This document shows positions 45,401 through 59,105 of a stretch of DNA of 64,000 nt, one piece after another. The notes beneath the pieces are model-generated. The model was given only the letters and a program-made list of their open reading frames with translations. It was not told where the DNA came from and ran no database searches. The translations under genes were made by a program, and so were the position numbers. The stretch is from Tubulanus polymorphus. Lineage: Eukaryota; Animalia; Nemertea. Numbering within the stretch: the stretch's first letter is position 1; each line of letters opens with the position of its first letter. The stretch spans positions 34,127-98,126 of the forward strand of contig NW_027437457.1 of NCBI RefSeq assembly GCF_964204645.1. Reading direction: 5' to 3'.

Positions 45401-48400
45401 GTGTGTGTAATCCATCCACTAGAGGGTGGTGCTCGAAATCTATCCACTAGGAGGCGGTGTGTGTAATCCATCCACTAGAGGGTGCTGTGTATAATCTATC
45501 CACTAGAGGGTGGTGTGTATAACCTATCCACTAGAGGGCGGTGTGTGTAATCCATCCACTAGAGGGCAGTGTGTAATCTATCCACTAGAGGGCGGTGTGT
45601 GTAATCCATCCACTAGAGGGCGGTGTGTATAATCTATCCACTAGAGGGCCGTGTGTAATCTATCCACTAGAGGGTGCTGTCTATAATCTATCCACTAGAG
45701 GGCGGTGTGTGTAATCTATCCACTAGAGGGCGGCGTGTGTAATCTATCCACTAGAGGGTGCTGTGTATAATCTATCCACTAGAGGGCGGTGTGTATAACC
45801 TATCCACTAGAGGGTGGTGTGTGTAATCCATCCACTAGAGGGTGCTGTGTATAATCTATCCACTAGAGGGCGGAGTGTGTAATCTATCCACTAGAGGGCG
45901 GTGTGTGTAATCTATCCACTAGAGGGCGGTGTGTGTAATCTATCCACTAGAGGGTGCTGTGTATAATCTATCCACTAGAGGGCGGTGTGTATAACCTATC
46001 CACTAGAGGGTGGTGTGTGTAATCTATCCACTAGAGGGCGGTGTGTACAATCTATCCACTAGAGGGTGCTGTGTATAATCTATCCACTAGAGGGCGGTGT
46101 GTATAACCTATCCACTAGAGGGTGGTGTGTGTAATCTATCCACTAGAGGGCGGTGTGTATAATCTATCCACTAGAGGGCGGTGTGTATAACCTATCCACT
46201 AGAGGGTGGTGTGTGTAATCTATCCACTAGAGGGCGGTGTGTGTAATCCATCCACTAGAGGGTGCTGTGTATAATCTATCCACTAGAGGGCGGTGTGTAA
46301 AATCTATCCACTAGAGGGCGGTGTGTATAATCTATCCACTAGAGGGCGGTGTGTACAATCTATCCACTAGAGGGCGGTGTGTACAATCTATCCACTAGAG
46401 GGCGGTGTGTATAATCTATCCACTAGAGGGCGGTGTGTGTAATCTATCCACTAGAGGGCGGTGTGTGTAATCTATCCACTAGAGGGTGCTGTGTATAATC
46501 TATCCACTAGAGGGCGATGTGTATAATCTATCCACTAGAGGGCGGTGTGTGTAATCTATCCACTAGAGGGCGGTGTGTATAATCTATCCACTAGAGGGCG
46601 GTGTGTATAATCTATCCACTAGAGGGCGGCGTGTGTAATCTATCCACTAGAGGGCGGCGTGTATAATCTATCTACTAGAGGGCGGCGTGTATAATCTATC
46701 CACTAGAGGGCGGTGTGTATAATCTATCCACTAGAGGGCGGCGTGTATAATCTATCCACTAGAGGGCGGTGTGTATAATCTATCCACTAGAGGTCGGTGT
46801 GTATAATCTATCCACTAGAGGGCGGTGTGTGTAATCTATCCACTAGAGGGCGGTGTGTATAATCTATCCACTAGAGGGCGGCGTGTATAATCTATCCACT
46901 AGAGGGCGGTGTGTATAATCTATCCACTAGAGGGCGGTGTGTATAATCTATCCACTAGCGGGCGGTGTGTGTAATCTATCCACTAGAGGGCGGTGTGAAC
47001 CGTATAATACTCACAGATAAAGCAGTTTGTTCAATTTGATCTCTAATTGTATTGAGTTGATTTTTCTGTACAGGGTCCGAGTAGTGAATAGCACTGATTG
47101 TTATATACTTCTCAGATCTATAACGAAACATTTTTTTTTTGAATTTACAAAAATCACACACTGGAAAATCATGAAAAACAACAATCGATAATAAAACGTA
47201 GAATACTTACTTTCCGGGTTTGATTATTATAGAAGGGGGAATATTTTGAGACACAACAGAAACGACAATGACTAAATCAGATGCAGTAGCTGCTGCTGCT
47301 GCTGTACTAATGGTACCAGTAGTTATTGTATAACTTAATGCTTCACCAGTTCGACTTTGTACACTATAAATAGAGAGAATATACAGTCACAGTCGACTGA
47401 GTTTGATGTTTACAGTTTATCGCAAATTGTTCTTCAATTACTTGATTTGTTTGTTTGATGTGTCTTTCCAGTTTCTCACTCCAGTTACACCAAGATTTAC
47501 AGTCAATCCGTCATTCTATAATTTAAACAATATCTTTAGTACTGTTTTGAGATATCAGTGATGATATGTGTTGCTATAGGGAGGGGGGGTGTGATATTTA
47601 CCGTTGGGTTGAATATACGTATCTCCTGTGATAGAATTGAAGGTCGAGCCCGATGAGCGAATGCTTGGTTACTAATAGTAACGCATAATGAACGCTGAAA
47701 TAATACAACAATTGTAAATCATATGAGTAACCATAGTTACTGGAGCCGCCGAGGAATAACACCACTAAACCATTACCACTAGTGACCCATCATCACAAAT
47801 ATAGAGTAAGTGAAGGGAGAGAGAGAGAGAGTGGGGAAAGAGAGAGGGGGAGAGAGAGAGAGTGGGGAAGAGAGGGAGAGTGGGTAGAGAGTTAGAGTGG
47901 GGGATAAGAGAGGGGGGGAGAGAGAGAGAGAGTGGGGGAAGAGAGGGAGAGTGGGGTAATGCAGAGGGGGAAGAGAGGGGAGAGAGAGAGAGAGTGGGGG
48001 AAGAGAGAGAGTGGGGGAAGAGAGGGAGAGAAAGAAACGGAAAGAACGAAGAGAAAAAATGAAATCTAAAACAAACATGCAAGAAAAAACTTACAACGTA
48101 TTGTTTATTACGGGCTATAGGCCGTTCCAATTCAAAATAAATCTGGTCAGTAGAGAATTATGGGTAATACAGTCAGTAGAGAATTATGGGTTATACAGTC
48201 AGTAGAGAATTATGGGTAATACAGTCAGTAGAGAATTATGGGTAATAAGAAGTTAGAATTATGGGTAAATTTTAGAATGAAACCAACCTTTTTCAAGCAT
48301 TGAATTCTGTGAACGACACCATTATAGAAGTCAGTCACATACGCTCCTATTAGATACATCACTAATACATGTCACAAGAGCTGTCAGATAATTAATATAC

Positions 48401-51400
48401 AGATTAATATTATCAATTAATTACCTTTTCCCTCGTAACCTAAAACTGACGGCGACAAAATAGGAATAAATTCCACAGGCAATGACAGAGACCTCTGGTG
48501 TCGAATATATAATTTACTTAATTCATTGCCCGCTATAGGTGATCCAAATTTACCATTTCCTAAAATCATAATAAAAATACCAACAATTAAAGACTGAATT
48601 GTAACTATACAGCAGGGCCTGAGTATCGAAGTTATCCGTAAGGGTAAATCCTCAATCAGGGTAACAACCACGATAGTAACAATGAGAAACCATGGTTATA
48701 ACTGACGAATTCCAAAATAATCCCAGGGACTAGTTTTCTTCCAAATCTATGAAACCCAGCTCTGGGTTGTGATTAGACAGTTACTAGAATGTATCACTAA
48801 CCTATATATGGTTGATATTGATAACCAGTAGATGGCGTTGGCTCCCTGTTAATTATCACATCGAATTTTGCTGCAGACTTTTTAAATAAATCTAATTTAT
48901 CATCTAAACATTGATCGACACTGCCTGAAAACATAAAGGGCCGTTAGACTGGCTGATATCTGGATTATAGTAAGGGGGGTAGGGGTTTATAGGGCCGTTA
49001 GACTGGCTGATATCTGGATTATAGTAAGGGTGGTAGGGGTTTATAGGGCCGTTAGACCGGCTGATATCTGGATTATAGTAAGGGCGGTAGGGGTTTATAG
49101 GGCCGTTAGACCGGCTGATATCTGGATTATAGTAAGGGCGGTAGGGGTTTATAGGGCCGTTAGACCGGCTGATATCTGGATTATAGTAAGGGGGGTAGGG
49201 GTTTATAGGACCGTTAGACTGGCTGATATCTGGATTATAGTAAGGGGGGTAGGGGTTTATAGGGCCGTTAGACTGGCTGATATCTGGATTATAGTAAGGG
49301 GGGTAGGGGTTTATAGGGCCGTTAGACTGGCTGATATCTGGATTATAGTAAGGGGGGTAGGGGTTTATAGGGCCGTTAGACTGGTTGATATCTGGATTAT
49401 AGTAAGGGGGGTAGGGGTTTATAGGGCCGTTAGACTGGCTGATATCTGGATTATAGTAAGGGCGGTAGGGGTTTATAGGGCCGTTAGACCGGCTGATATC
49501 TGGATTATAGTAAGGGGGGTAGGGGTTTATAGGGCCGTTAGACTGGCTGATATCTGGATTATAGTAAGGGCGGTAGGGGTTTATAGGGCCGTTAGACTGG
49601 CTGATATCTGGATTATAGTAAGGGGGGTAGGGGTTTATAGGGCCGTTAGACTGGCTGATATCTGGATTATAGTAAGGGGGTAGGGGTTTATAGGACCGTT
49701 AGACCGGCTGATATCTGGATTATAGTAAAGGCGGTAGGGGTTTATAGGGCCGTTAGACCGGCTGATATCTGGATTATAGTAAGGGTGGTAGGGGTTTATA
49801 GGGCCGTTAGACTGGCTGATATCTGGATTATAGTAAGGGCGGTAGGGGTTTATAGGACCGTTAGACCGGCTGATATCTGGATTATAGTAAGGGTGGTAGG
49901 GGTTTATAGGGCCGTTAGACTGGCTGATATCTGGATTATAGTAAGGGTGGTAGGGGTTTATAGGGCCGTTAGACTGGCTGATATCTGGATTATAGTAAGG
50001 GCGGTAGGGGTTTATAGGGCCGTTAGACTGGCTGATATCTGGATTATAGTAAAGGGCGGTAGGGGTTTATAGGGCCGTTAGACTGGCTGATATCTGGATT
50101 ATAGTAAGGGGGGTAGGGGTTTATAGGGCCGTTAGACTGGCTGATATCTGGATTATAGTAAGGGGGGTAGGGGTTTATAGGGCCGTTAGACTGGCTGATA
50201 TCTGGATTATAGTAAAGGGCGGTAGGGGTTTATAGGGCCGTTAGACTGGCTGATATCTGGATTATAGTAAGGGGGGTAGGGGTTTATAGGGCCGTTAGAC
50301 TGGCTGATATCTGGATTATAGTAAGGGGGGTAGGGGTCTATAGGGCCGTTAGACTGGCTGATATCTGGATTATAGTAAAGGCGATAGGGGTTTATAGGGC
50401 CGTTAGACTGGCTGATATCTGGATTATAGTAAGGGGGGTAGGGGTTTATAGGGCCGTTAGACTGGCTGATATCTGGATTATAGTAAGGGGGGTAGGGGTT
50501 TATAGGGCCGTTAGACTGGCTGATATCTGGATTATAGTAAGGGTGGTAGGGGTTTATAGGGCCGTTAGACTGGCTGATATCTGGATTATAGTAAGGGGGG
50601 TAGGGGTTTATAGGGCCGTTAGACTGGCTGATATCTGGATTATAGTAAGGGTGGTAGGGGTTTATAGGGCCGTTAGACTGGCTGATATCTGGATTATAGT
50701 AAGGGGGGTAGGGGTTTATAGGGCCGTTAGACTGGCTGATATCTGGATTATAGTAAGGGGGGTAGGGGTTTATAGGGCCGTTAGACCGGCTGATATCTGG
50801 ATTATAGTAAGGGCGGTAGGGGTTTATAGGGCCGTTAGACCGGCTGATATCTGGATTATAGTAAGGGCGGTAGGGGTTTATAGGGCCGTTAGACTGGCTG
50901 ATATCTGGATTATAGTAAGGGGGGTAGGGGTTTATAGGGCCGTTAGACTGGCTGATATCTGGATTATAGTAAGGGCGGTAGGGGTTTATAGGGCCGTTAG
51001 ACCGGCTGATATCTGGATTATAGTAAGGGTGGTAGGGGTTTATAGGGCCGTTAGACTGGCTGATATCTGGATTATAGTAAGGGTGGTAGGGGTTTATAGG
51101 ACCGTTAGACTGGCTGATATCTGGATTATAGTAAGGGTGGTAGGGGTTTATAGGGCCGTTAGACTGGCTGATATCTGGATTATAGTAAGGGTGGTAGGGG
51201 TTTATAGGGCCGTTAGACTGGCTGATATCTGGATTATAGTAAGGGTGGTAGGGGTTTATAGGACCGTTAGACTGGCTGATATCTGGATTATAGTAAGGGC
51301 GGTAGGGGTTTATAGGGCCGTTAGACTGGCTGATATCTGGATTATAGTAAGGGTGGTAGGGGTTTATAGGACCGTTAGACTGGCTGATATCTGGATTATA

Positions 51401-52781
51401 GTAAGGGCGGTAGGGGTTTATAGGGCCGTTAGACTGGCTGATATCTGGATTATAGTAAGGGTGGTAGGGGTTTATAGGGCCGTTAGACTGGCTGATATCT
51501 GGATTATAGTAAGGGCGGTAGGGGTTTATAGGACCGTTAGACCGGCTGATATCTGGATTATAGTAAGGGGGGTAGGGGTTTATAGGGCCGTTAGACTGGC
51601 TGATATCTGGATTATAGTAAGGGTGGTAGGGGTTTATAGGACCGTTAGACTGGCTGATATCTGGATTATAGTAAGGGCGGTAGGGGTTTATAGGGCCGTT
51701 AGACTGGCTGATATCTGGATTATAGTAAGGGCGGTAGGGGTTTATAGGACCGTTAGACCGGCTGATATCTGGATTATAGTAAGGGGGGTAGGGGTTTATA
51801 GGGCCGTTAGACTGGCTGATATCTGGATTATAGTAAGGGTGGTAGGGGTTTATAGGACCGTTAGACTGGCTGATATCTGGATTATAGTAAGGGGGTAGGG
51901 GTTTATTGGACCGTTAGACTGGCTGATATCTGGATTATAGTAAGGGTGGTAGGGGTTTATAGGACCGTTAGACTGGCTGATATCTGGATTATAGTAAGGG
52001 GGTAGGGGTTTATTGGACCGTTAGACTGGCTGATATCTGGATTATAGTAAGGGGGGTAGGGGTTTATAGGGCCGTTAGACTGGCTGATATCTGGATTATA
52101 GTAAGGGTGGTAGGGGTTTATAGGACCGTTAGACTGGCTGATATCTGGATTATAGTAAGGGGGTAGGGGTTTATTGGACCGTTAGACTGGCTGATATCTG
52201 GATTATAGTAAGGGTGGTAGGGGTTTATAGGACCGTTAGACTGGCTGATATCTGGATTATAGTAAGGGGGTAGGGGTTTATTGGACCGTTAGACTGGCTG
52301 ATATCTGGATTATAGTAAGGGTGGTAGGGGTTTATAGGGCCGTTAGACTGGCTGATATCTGGATTATAGTAAGGGCGGTAGGGGTTTATTGGACCGTTAG
52401 ACTGGCTGATATCTGGATTATAGTAAGGGCGGTAGGGGTTTATAGGGCCGTTAGACTGGCTGATATCTGGATTATAGTAAGGGGGTAGGGGTTTATAGGG
52501 CCGTTAGACCGGCTGATATTTGGACTATAGTAAGGGTGGTAGGGGTTTAATACTTACTAGTTCGAAGAGGTGCTTTTCTAAAATTGAAAATATGTGGAGC
52601 GAAATATAGTAATACTAGGAGCATGAGGAACCCAGCGATGACGTATCGACGATTCCTGAAATATAATATAAGTTATATAACTGAGCACATACTGAGTGAG
52701 AAAAAGAGAGAGAGTAAGAATGGAGAGTCTTCTTTCTTACCTGTTCACAGTATTAATGATATTAGATATAACTGGTTTCAT
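42478..52781 (-). CDS. KIAA2013: KIAA2013-like membrane protein. Exons 52781-52741, 52655-52558, 48924-48802, 48559-48425, 48346-48288, 47694-47602, 47515-47442, 47363-47211, 47117-47015, 45267-45199, 45114-44915, 43759-43644, 43486-43195, 42873-42749, 42674-42478
   Basis: [79 protein letters not shown] and GLPTLFW...[15 protein letters not shown]; start codon uncertain. Confidence 0.88.
42806..43173 (-). repeat. 81-84-bp tandem array x4 containing a KIAA2013 3' splice site and exon start
   Basis: tttgattgacag|GTCTCAGAGAACTCAGTTCCCGGTTAAG... repeated. Confidence 0.92.
43955..44695. repeat. 28-bp intronic tandem repeat, ~26 copies
   Basis: agacaggctgagactgctctcagacagg. Confidence 0.95.
45296..46997. 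repeat. 28-bp intronic tandem repeat, ~60 copies, each with a CTCF-consensus core
   Basis: ctatCCACTAGAGGGCGGtgtgtataat. Confidence 0.95.
47812..48035. repeat. GA-rich low-complexity tract
   Basis: Direct reading. Confidence 0.9.
48937..52548. repeat. 54-bp intronic satellite, ~67 copies, filling KIAA2013 intron 2
   Basis: agggccgttagactggctgatatctggattatagtaaggggggtaggggtttat. Confidence 0.97.
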
Positions 52782-54298
52782 ATTTATCAACTCTTCTAAA
52801 ATCACGTATAAAATTCTCACTGGTAAACATACAATTAATTTACACAGTTTTACTGATAGTCTAACTATGTGTACAAACATGACATCGCGTCGCCGGTTGT
52901 TCACTTAGATTCTCTCTAAATCCTGTCACTAATTAAACGTTTTTTTTATGGGGCACGTCAACAACAATTTTAACTTCCTCGTTTATCGACAACAGCGCCG
53001 CCTATACTGTGTTTCAATAAATTCCAATTGAATTTGCAATTCAATTCAATATAATTTATATGAATTCAAATCATCTAACGTTAGATGTAGTAGATAAAAT
53101 GAACGGGCATAATCACAACATAAAACGAGAAGTGATAATAATAGCTGCAGTTTATTCTCGATAATTTAATGTCACTGTCGCTATGTTCCGATAGATGGCG
53201 AAAGAGTGAATTACTTGACTTCTCTTTATACCTGTAAATTCTGGTCCAGAACCGAGATTTATGCCCCCCCTGTAATGTTGAACTACGTTTTATTCCGTGA
53301 AAATTAATATAGATGCTTTTCCGAAATAAAAACAAATCCAAAATTCATCCCAGTTTCACAAAAAGGATTAAAGCCTAAATAGATTTAAGATTAACTGAAT
53401 TAATGAAGAAATTAAATCGATTTAAGAGTGTGTGTTGCAGTTTATCAAGTTTTAAAATGCTTGTATGTACTTTCTGTATTTTTTTGTAATTAATTGTAAA
53501 TACTGTTTTTCCTCTAATACCATTTGGAGTGTATTCGTATTCGGATCAAGTTCTCTAGTATCTTGTCATCACACATGCGGCTGTCTCAAGACTGTCGATA
53601 TTTGGCTGGACCTCGTGACTAAAAATCTAGTATAAATTTTGACCTCTTCAATATTTTGCCCCTTCGCATGTAAGTGTTGGTGTGAGGGCTGCGGCGGGTG
53701 ACAATCAAACCCTGGCAAGCAGGGATGGGTTACGCTATATAGATCATGCAACAGAGTCAGATTATTTCACTCAAACTTTTATAGTTCTCTGCAATAACTG
53801 CAAGGCAAACATCTCCTCAGTGATAATAACAAAATCGGGCCATCAATGATTTTAGGAAGCAGATTAGAATGCTTTCTTTTTGAAAGAGGAATTTTGATAT
53901 GACTTTAACCAGGGAAGTGTAATTCCCTGATATGACTAAGGAGCATCAGTGGATTTAGCGTTATATAAATTACCCAGACCATTAAATAATAGAGTTATTA
54001 ATGCAGTTAAAATGAAGTTGAGGTACGTTTGATATTCATATAGATTTTAGTAATCGGTATTTCTGTTATAATCTTAAATTGAGCAGATTTGTAAAGTTGC
54101 CTGGTGTTAATCGACCTCAGGCTATCCTCCAATAGAAATACATTTTAGAAATAATAATCACCCATATCATACATAGAAATCATATTCTTACATATTTACA
54201 TTTATTTTATTTATTTATTTTTTTTATCATTCATGAATCTCAATTAATCATGCATCTCCCGGCAGGCGCCACCGCATCTACCTAATAACGATAGAAAT

Positions 54299-55230
54299 TA
54301 ATTATTATTTCGGATGAAAATAAACAGTGGGATTAAAGGGTTTGATAATTTCTGTGACAAAGAAATCATTTTTCTTAACAAAAATAATCAATAATGATAT
54401 AATTCGCTTATATTGCGCAGAACTTAAGAAATAATCGCCGCGATTAACATAAAAAAAAACAATAGATGCAAAATAAATAAAAAAGGTTATTTCTAATGGA
54501 ATTTAAAAAAAATCTCTTACCTCATGAACCACTGGTTCTGCCGCCGGTTCCGCCGCCGGTTCGGCCTCCTGTTCGGCCTCCTGTTCGGCCTCCTGTTCAG
54601 CCAACTCTTCATCAATCTAATAACAATAACCATGAATTATTATTTCGGATAAAAATAAACAGTGGGATTAAAGGGTTTGATAATTTCTGTGACAAAGAAA
54701 TCATTTTTCTAAACCAAAATAATCAGTGATGATATAATTCGCTTATATTGCGCAGAACTTAAGAAATAATTGCCATGATTTACACTAAAAAAGAAAACAA
54801 TAGTTGCAAAATTAATAAAAAATGGTTATTTCCATTGGAATTACAAAAAAAAAATCTCTTACCTCATGAACCACTGGTTCCGCCGCCGGTTCGGCCGCCG
54901 GTTCGGCCTCCTGTTCGGCCTCCTGTTCGGCCTCCTGTTCGGCCTCCTGTTCGGCCTCCTGTTCGGCCTCCTGTTCGGCCTCCTGTTCAGCCAACTCTTC
55001 ATCAATCTAATAACAATAACCATGAATTATTATTTCGGATGAAAATAAACAGTGGGATTAAAGGGTTTGATAATTTCTGTGACAAAGAAATCATTTTTCT
55101 AAACCAAAATAATCAATGATGATATAATTCGCTTATATTGCGCAAAACTTTAGAAATAATTGCCGTGATTTACATTAAAAAACCAATAGATGCAAAATTA
55201 ATAAAAAAGGTTATTTCCATTGGATTTACA
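54299..55230. repeat. ~350-390-bp tandem triplication with an internal 12-bp repeat (cctgttcggcct)n
   Basis: attattatttcggat...aaacagtgggattaaaggg occurs three times. Confidence 0.9.
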
Positions 55231-56537
55231 AACAAGAAAATTAATTTTTAAAAATTATTTGACGATGCGAAAAAATGTAGAATTTCTGGGCTAAGCTAAT
55301 GTGGAATTGCAAATTTGAAATCGAAGTTTTAAGAAATTTGGGAAATTATGAGATTTGGCGATTGGGTAGATGATACAGGTCTTCGACTCTAGTAGTGGTT
55401 TAAATTTTTTATTGAAAATTCTCAATAATTGGACCGTGTGGCCTAGCCAGCCGGCCCGGGCCCGGGCCCGGGCCACGGGTTTGGCTGTCACTCGATATCC
55501 TAGAGTCTTGAGTCTGGGTTGAAGTAGACATTGTCATATAAAATAACATGTTTGTGTTATTCTGTATGAACTACTCGTGTGTCTTGTATGTTGTATTTTC
55601 TTATTTTAAAATTTATATTTATTGAATTTGGGAATTTTATCCCGGAATTTCAATGGAATAAGGATCAATAAAGAATTGAATTGAATTGTCACCTAATACA
55701 CTTGCCATCAGAGGACGCGGAGCCGTATATGACAGCTATGCTATTATAAATTGCTAATCTCACGAAACCTGCACACCCCTAATATCGAACATATTTTTTA
55801 AAACATTCATTATATGTTTACACATTTTCATATTGACCGCTTGTAGCCGCCGATGAAATTCACGCCGGCCCTACACACATCGTAGATAGCTTCGTCATTC
55901 CACCAGCATCCCCATGTCAGGGTCTGACTTTTATATCAGACTTCCGCATCGTGTATACATCCGCCATTTAACCGAATAATCTGATTTACTTATCATTTCT
56001 ATTTATGCCTGCCGCTTCTGATATAATCATACATCCTTTACTATTACAATACGTCTTCTAATGATATTCAATGCAATATAACATTTCGACGTTCAAATAT
56101 AGGTCATTATATAATCACAGGAAGCCATTCTACATCTATGTCAATTATATTTTGCCATATAGCTTGTTTGTGTACACATAAACCTGTGACGTTTTGCACA
56201 TCGATTTACGGTTGTCGTTTGTAAAATGACGCTGAATGGTTAACATTGTTTAGGTTTCATAATGGTAACGTTTTATAAGGCGTCAAAAAAAAATCTCTTA
56301 CCACAGCTACCTTGTTGCGTAAAAATTCGCGATAACGCGCGTCGTTCGGCCGCAGGCCATGTAATTGCGTTTTGAGGTGGTGGTCCAGCCGTTGGACCAC
56401 TGCCCGGCAACCGCGAATGGGGCATCGATACCTCCGTGGTAATAAAGCGAGTCTCTGAAAATAAAACATTCGGTATCATTAGTTTGTTTAGCTGTAGTTA
56501 AAGAGGGATTTCTCTCGTTATTCATCATACATCGGGT

Positions 56538-56992
56538 AGTGAGGGTCGAGTGAGGGTCGAGTGAGGGTCGAGTGAGGGTCGAGTGAGGGTCGAATGAGGG
56601 TTGAGTGAGGGTCGAGTGAGGTTCGAGTGAGGGTCGAATGAGGGTTGAGTGAGGGTCGAGTGAGGTTCGAGTGAGGGTCGAATGAGGGTTGAGTGAGGGT
56701 CGAGTGAGGTTCGAGTGAGGGTCGAATGAGGGTTGAGTGAGGGTCGAATGAGGGTTGAGTGAGGGTCGAGTGAGGATCGAGTGAGGGTCGAGTGAGGGTC
56801 GAATGAGGGTCGAATGAGGGTTGAGTGAGGGTCGAGTGAGGTTCGAGTGAGGGTCGAATGAGGGTTGAGTGAGGGTCGAGTGAGGTTCGAGTGAGGGTCG
56901 AATGAGGGTTGAGTGAGGGTCGAGTGAGGATCGAGTGAGGGTCGAATGAGGGTCGAATGAGGGTCGAATGAGGGTTGAATGAGGGTCGAGTG
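56538..56992. repeat. 10-bp minisatellite (gagtgagggtc)
   Basis: Direct reading. Confidence 0.95.
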
Positions 56993-58049
56993 AAATGCGA
57001 TGATAAGTCATGCCTGGATAAGAACTGCTGTGAATGGCCTTCAATATGGAGTGAAAACAACAAAGACAAGTCATTGATACAGTAGACTCCTCTTAACTCG
57101 ACTCCTAGTCAAAAATCCGTTCAACTCAATAAATGTTGAACATTACTGTCTGTCTCCTATGTTAAACATACATTTAAATCCACTTCACTTACTCCTAGTT
57201 GCTCTAATCGAATAATCGTTCAACTCTGAACTATTTTTGACCAAAATTATGTTTAAACTCCCTCAACTCTCGGTGCGGCAGCAAACACCGGGCTCGATAC
57301 ATCGCTCACACAGTGCGTACACAATCTCCAACAGCGCGATTCAAAAACCCCCGAAAATTATCAGCCCCCGTTGTCCGTTCATATGTCAATTGATTACGTC
57401 TTTCTCTACTTTTTTCGTGCAAAAAAGTTCACCACGTTTATACGACGATTCAAGCCGCAATTTATGATCGTTCATTTCACTTCGCACCAAGTAATTTCTC
57501 AACTTTGAACGCAATTCTAAATCAATTTCAAATACTGTCAATTGCATTCGGATAAATTTGAATAATATATAATAAATATATACGAACCCTGAACACAGAA
57601 AACAAACTACCACCATATAAACACGTAACTAACACAAATAACGTTGTCTGTATTTCAACATATTATGTATAACTATTCTATTTAACCCTAACCTTACGCT
57701 CGATCCCCAAAAATGATGAAAATTATAGTTAATGAATTGGTTATATATCAAAGCTGGGCAACACATTTTCTGAAACACCCTGTATATCTTCACGACGGTT
57801 TTAAATTCAAAAGTCGCTTCCGTAAACATAAACATTACTGGAAAGATTTTCACAGAAGTTCCTATGAATTCTTAATTGGTTTAATATAACTCAAATTTTT
57901 GGTGTAATTGCCATTGGTTACTTCATGTTTTCAACGAGGAAAAACAATTCAAACTTAACCGTTTTAGGCTTAAACTATTTCGTGAAACTAGGCCAAAGTC
58001 GATGCTGGAATCTATTTTCTATCTGAATGTTCTATAAAACTAAAACTGA

Positions 58050-59105
58050 TAGACGAAACCTAAAAAAAGGATTTATCTTTGGTGACTTCAATATTGATCT
58101 TCTTTAATAATCAAAGTCCCATCTTCCCACAGAAAACTTGCAGACTGCTCTAACGGCTCCTTCCTCCTATTGGTAAACCCACGCATATAATGACCGAGAT
58201 GAAATACAAATGAAGCTTACAACAGATTCTTTAAAGAATTTAGATTTATGAAATTATAAAACAAGGATCTGTTCTAAGCACAATGATACTAAGTATCCGT
58301 CGATGACAGCTGGATTCCTAAGCTGTAACTCAATAAATGTAAACAAATATTGTTCAAAGGTTCTTGCAGAACGACTCAATACGGTTACCAAACTAGATAC
58401 AGAAATCTACTCAACATCAACGTGAGTCGGGAAGATATGTAAGATGAATAACGAAATAAATCCCACTGAATTCAGCCAGAAATTTAAAGTTCTATATTAC
58501 AATGGTTTATATTTCGAGCAACGTTTCTGCTTTAACTATTAGATCTAGAAAGTAAAAAAAGAAGTTTTATGAAGGTTGATTTAAATTGTGCTCTCGAGGT
58601 CCAGTTTTTAGATTCTTAAAAGTTCCAGTTTTAAAATTCTAGAGTGAGATATGGTCTAATAGAGTCGGTGATAGGTCAAAAAGATCGACAGATACAACGG
58701 CCTTCCCGAAACTTTTCATGAAAAATGTGTATCACTTTCAAAGACTCTTTAATAATAATTGGACCGATAATAACTTAATAAATGAAAATCTATGATAAAG
58801 TTTTATCATTTCATTCAAAAACTTATTTCACCGTAATAATGCTGTCACTGTATTGTTAATCTGTCATCACACACAGCGGCACACAGTACTCGTAGCGTAC
58901 ATACCGACATCGGCTATACGTTATACCATACATAACCTTTTCCAAAATCGTATGTTACAGCTACGAGCAATTATCTGCTAAAAATGCTTCATAAAGGGTC
59001 ATAAACTTTGGAATCAAATTGGTTAAACCCTTGCCAGCAAAACCAGTAAAAGTTAGAATTTTTTTCAAAAAAGAAATTATTATATATGGCTTTATTGATA
59101 ATAGT
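58050..59105 (+). mobile_element. Highly decayed non-LTR retrotransposon fragments (CR1/L2-like)
   Basis: Remnant motifs FGDFNIDL (APE endonuclease, ~58078), P(S)MTAG (~58297) and KLWNQI (~59003); many stops and deletions. Confidence 0.4.

Noticed and set aside
49030-51898. Long repetitive ORFs ([17 protein letters not shown])n
   Set aside because: Translation of a 54-bp satellite on the antisense strand of a KIAA2013 intron; the frame breaks freely
54496-55119. Two similar PPVR-repeat ORFs
   Set aside because: By-product of a non-coding tandem triplication; no splice or homology support
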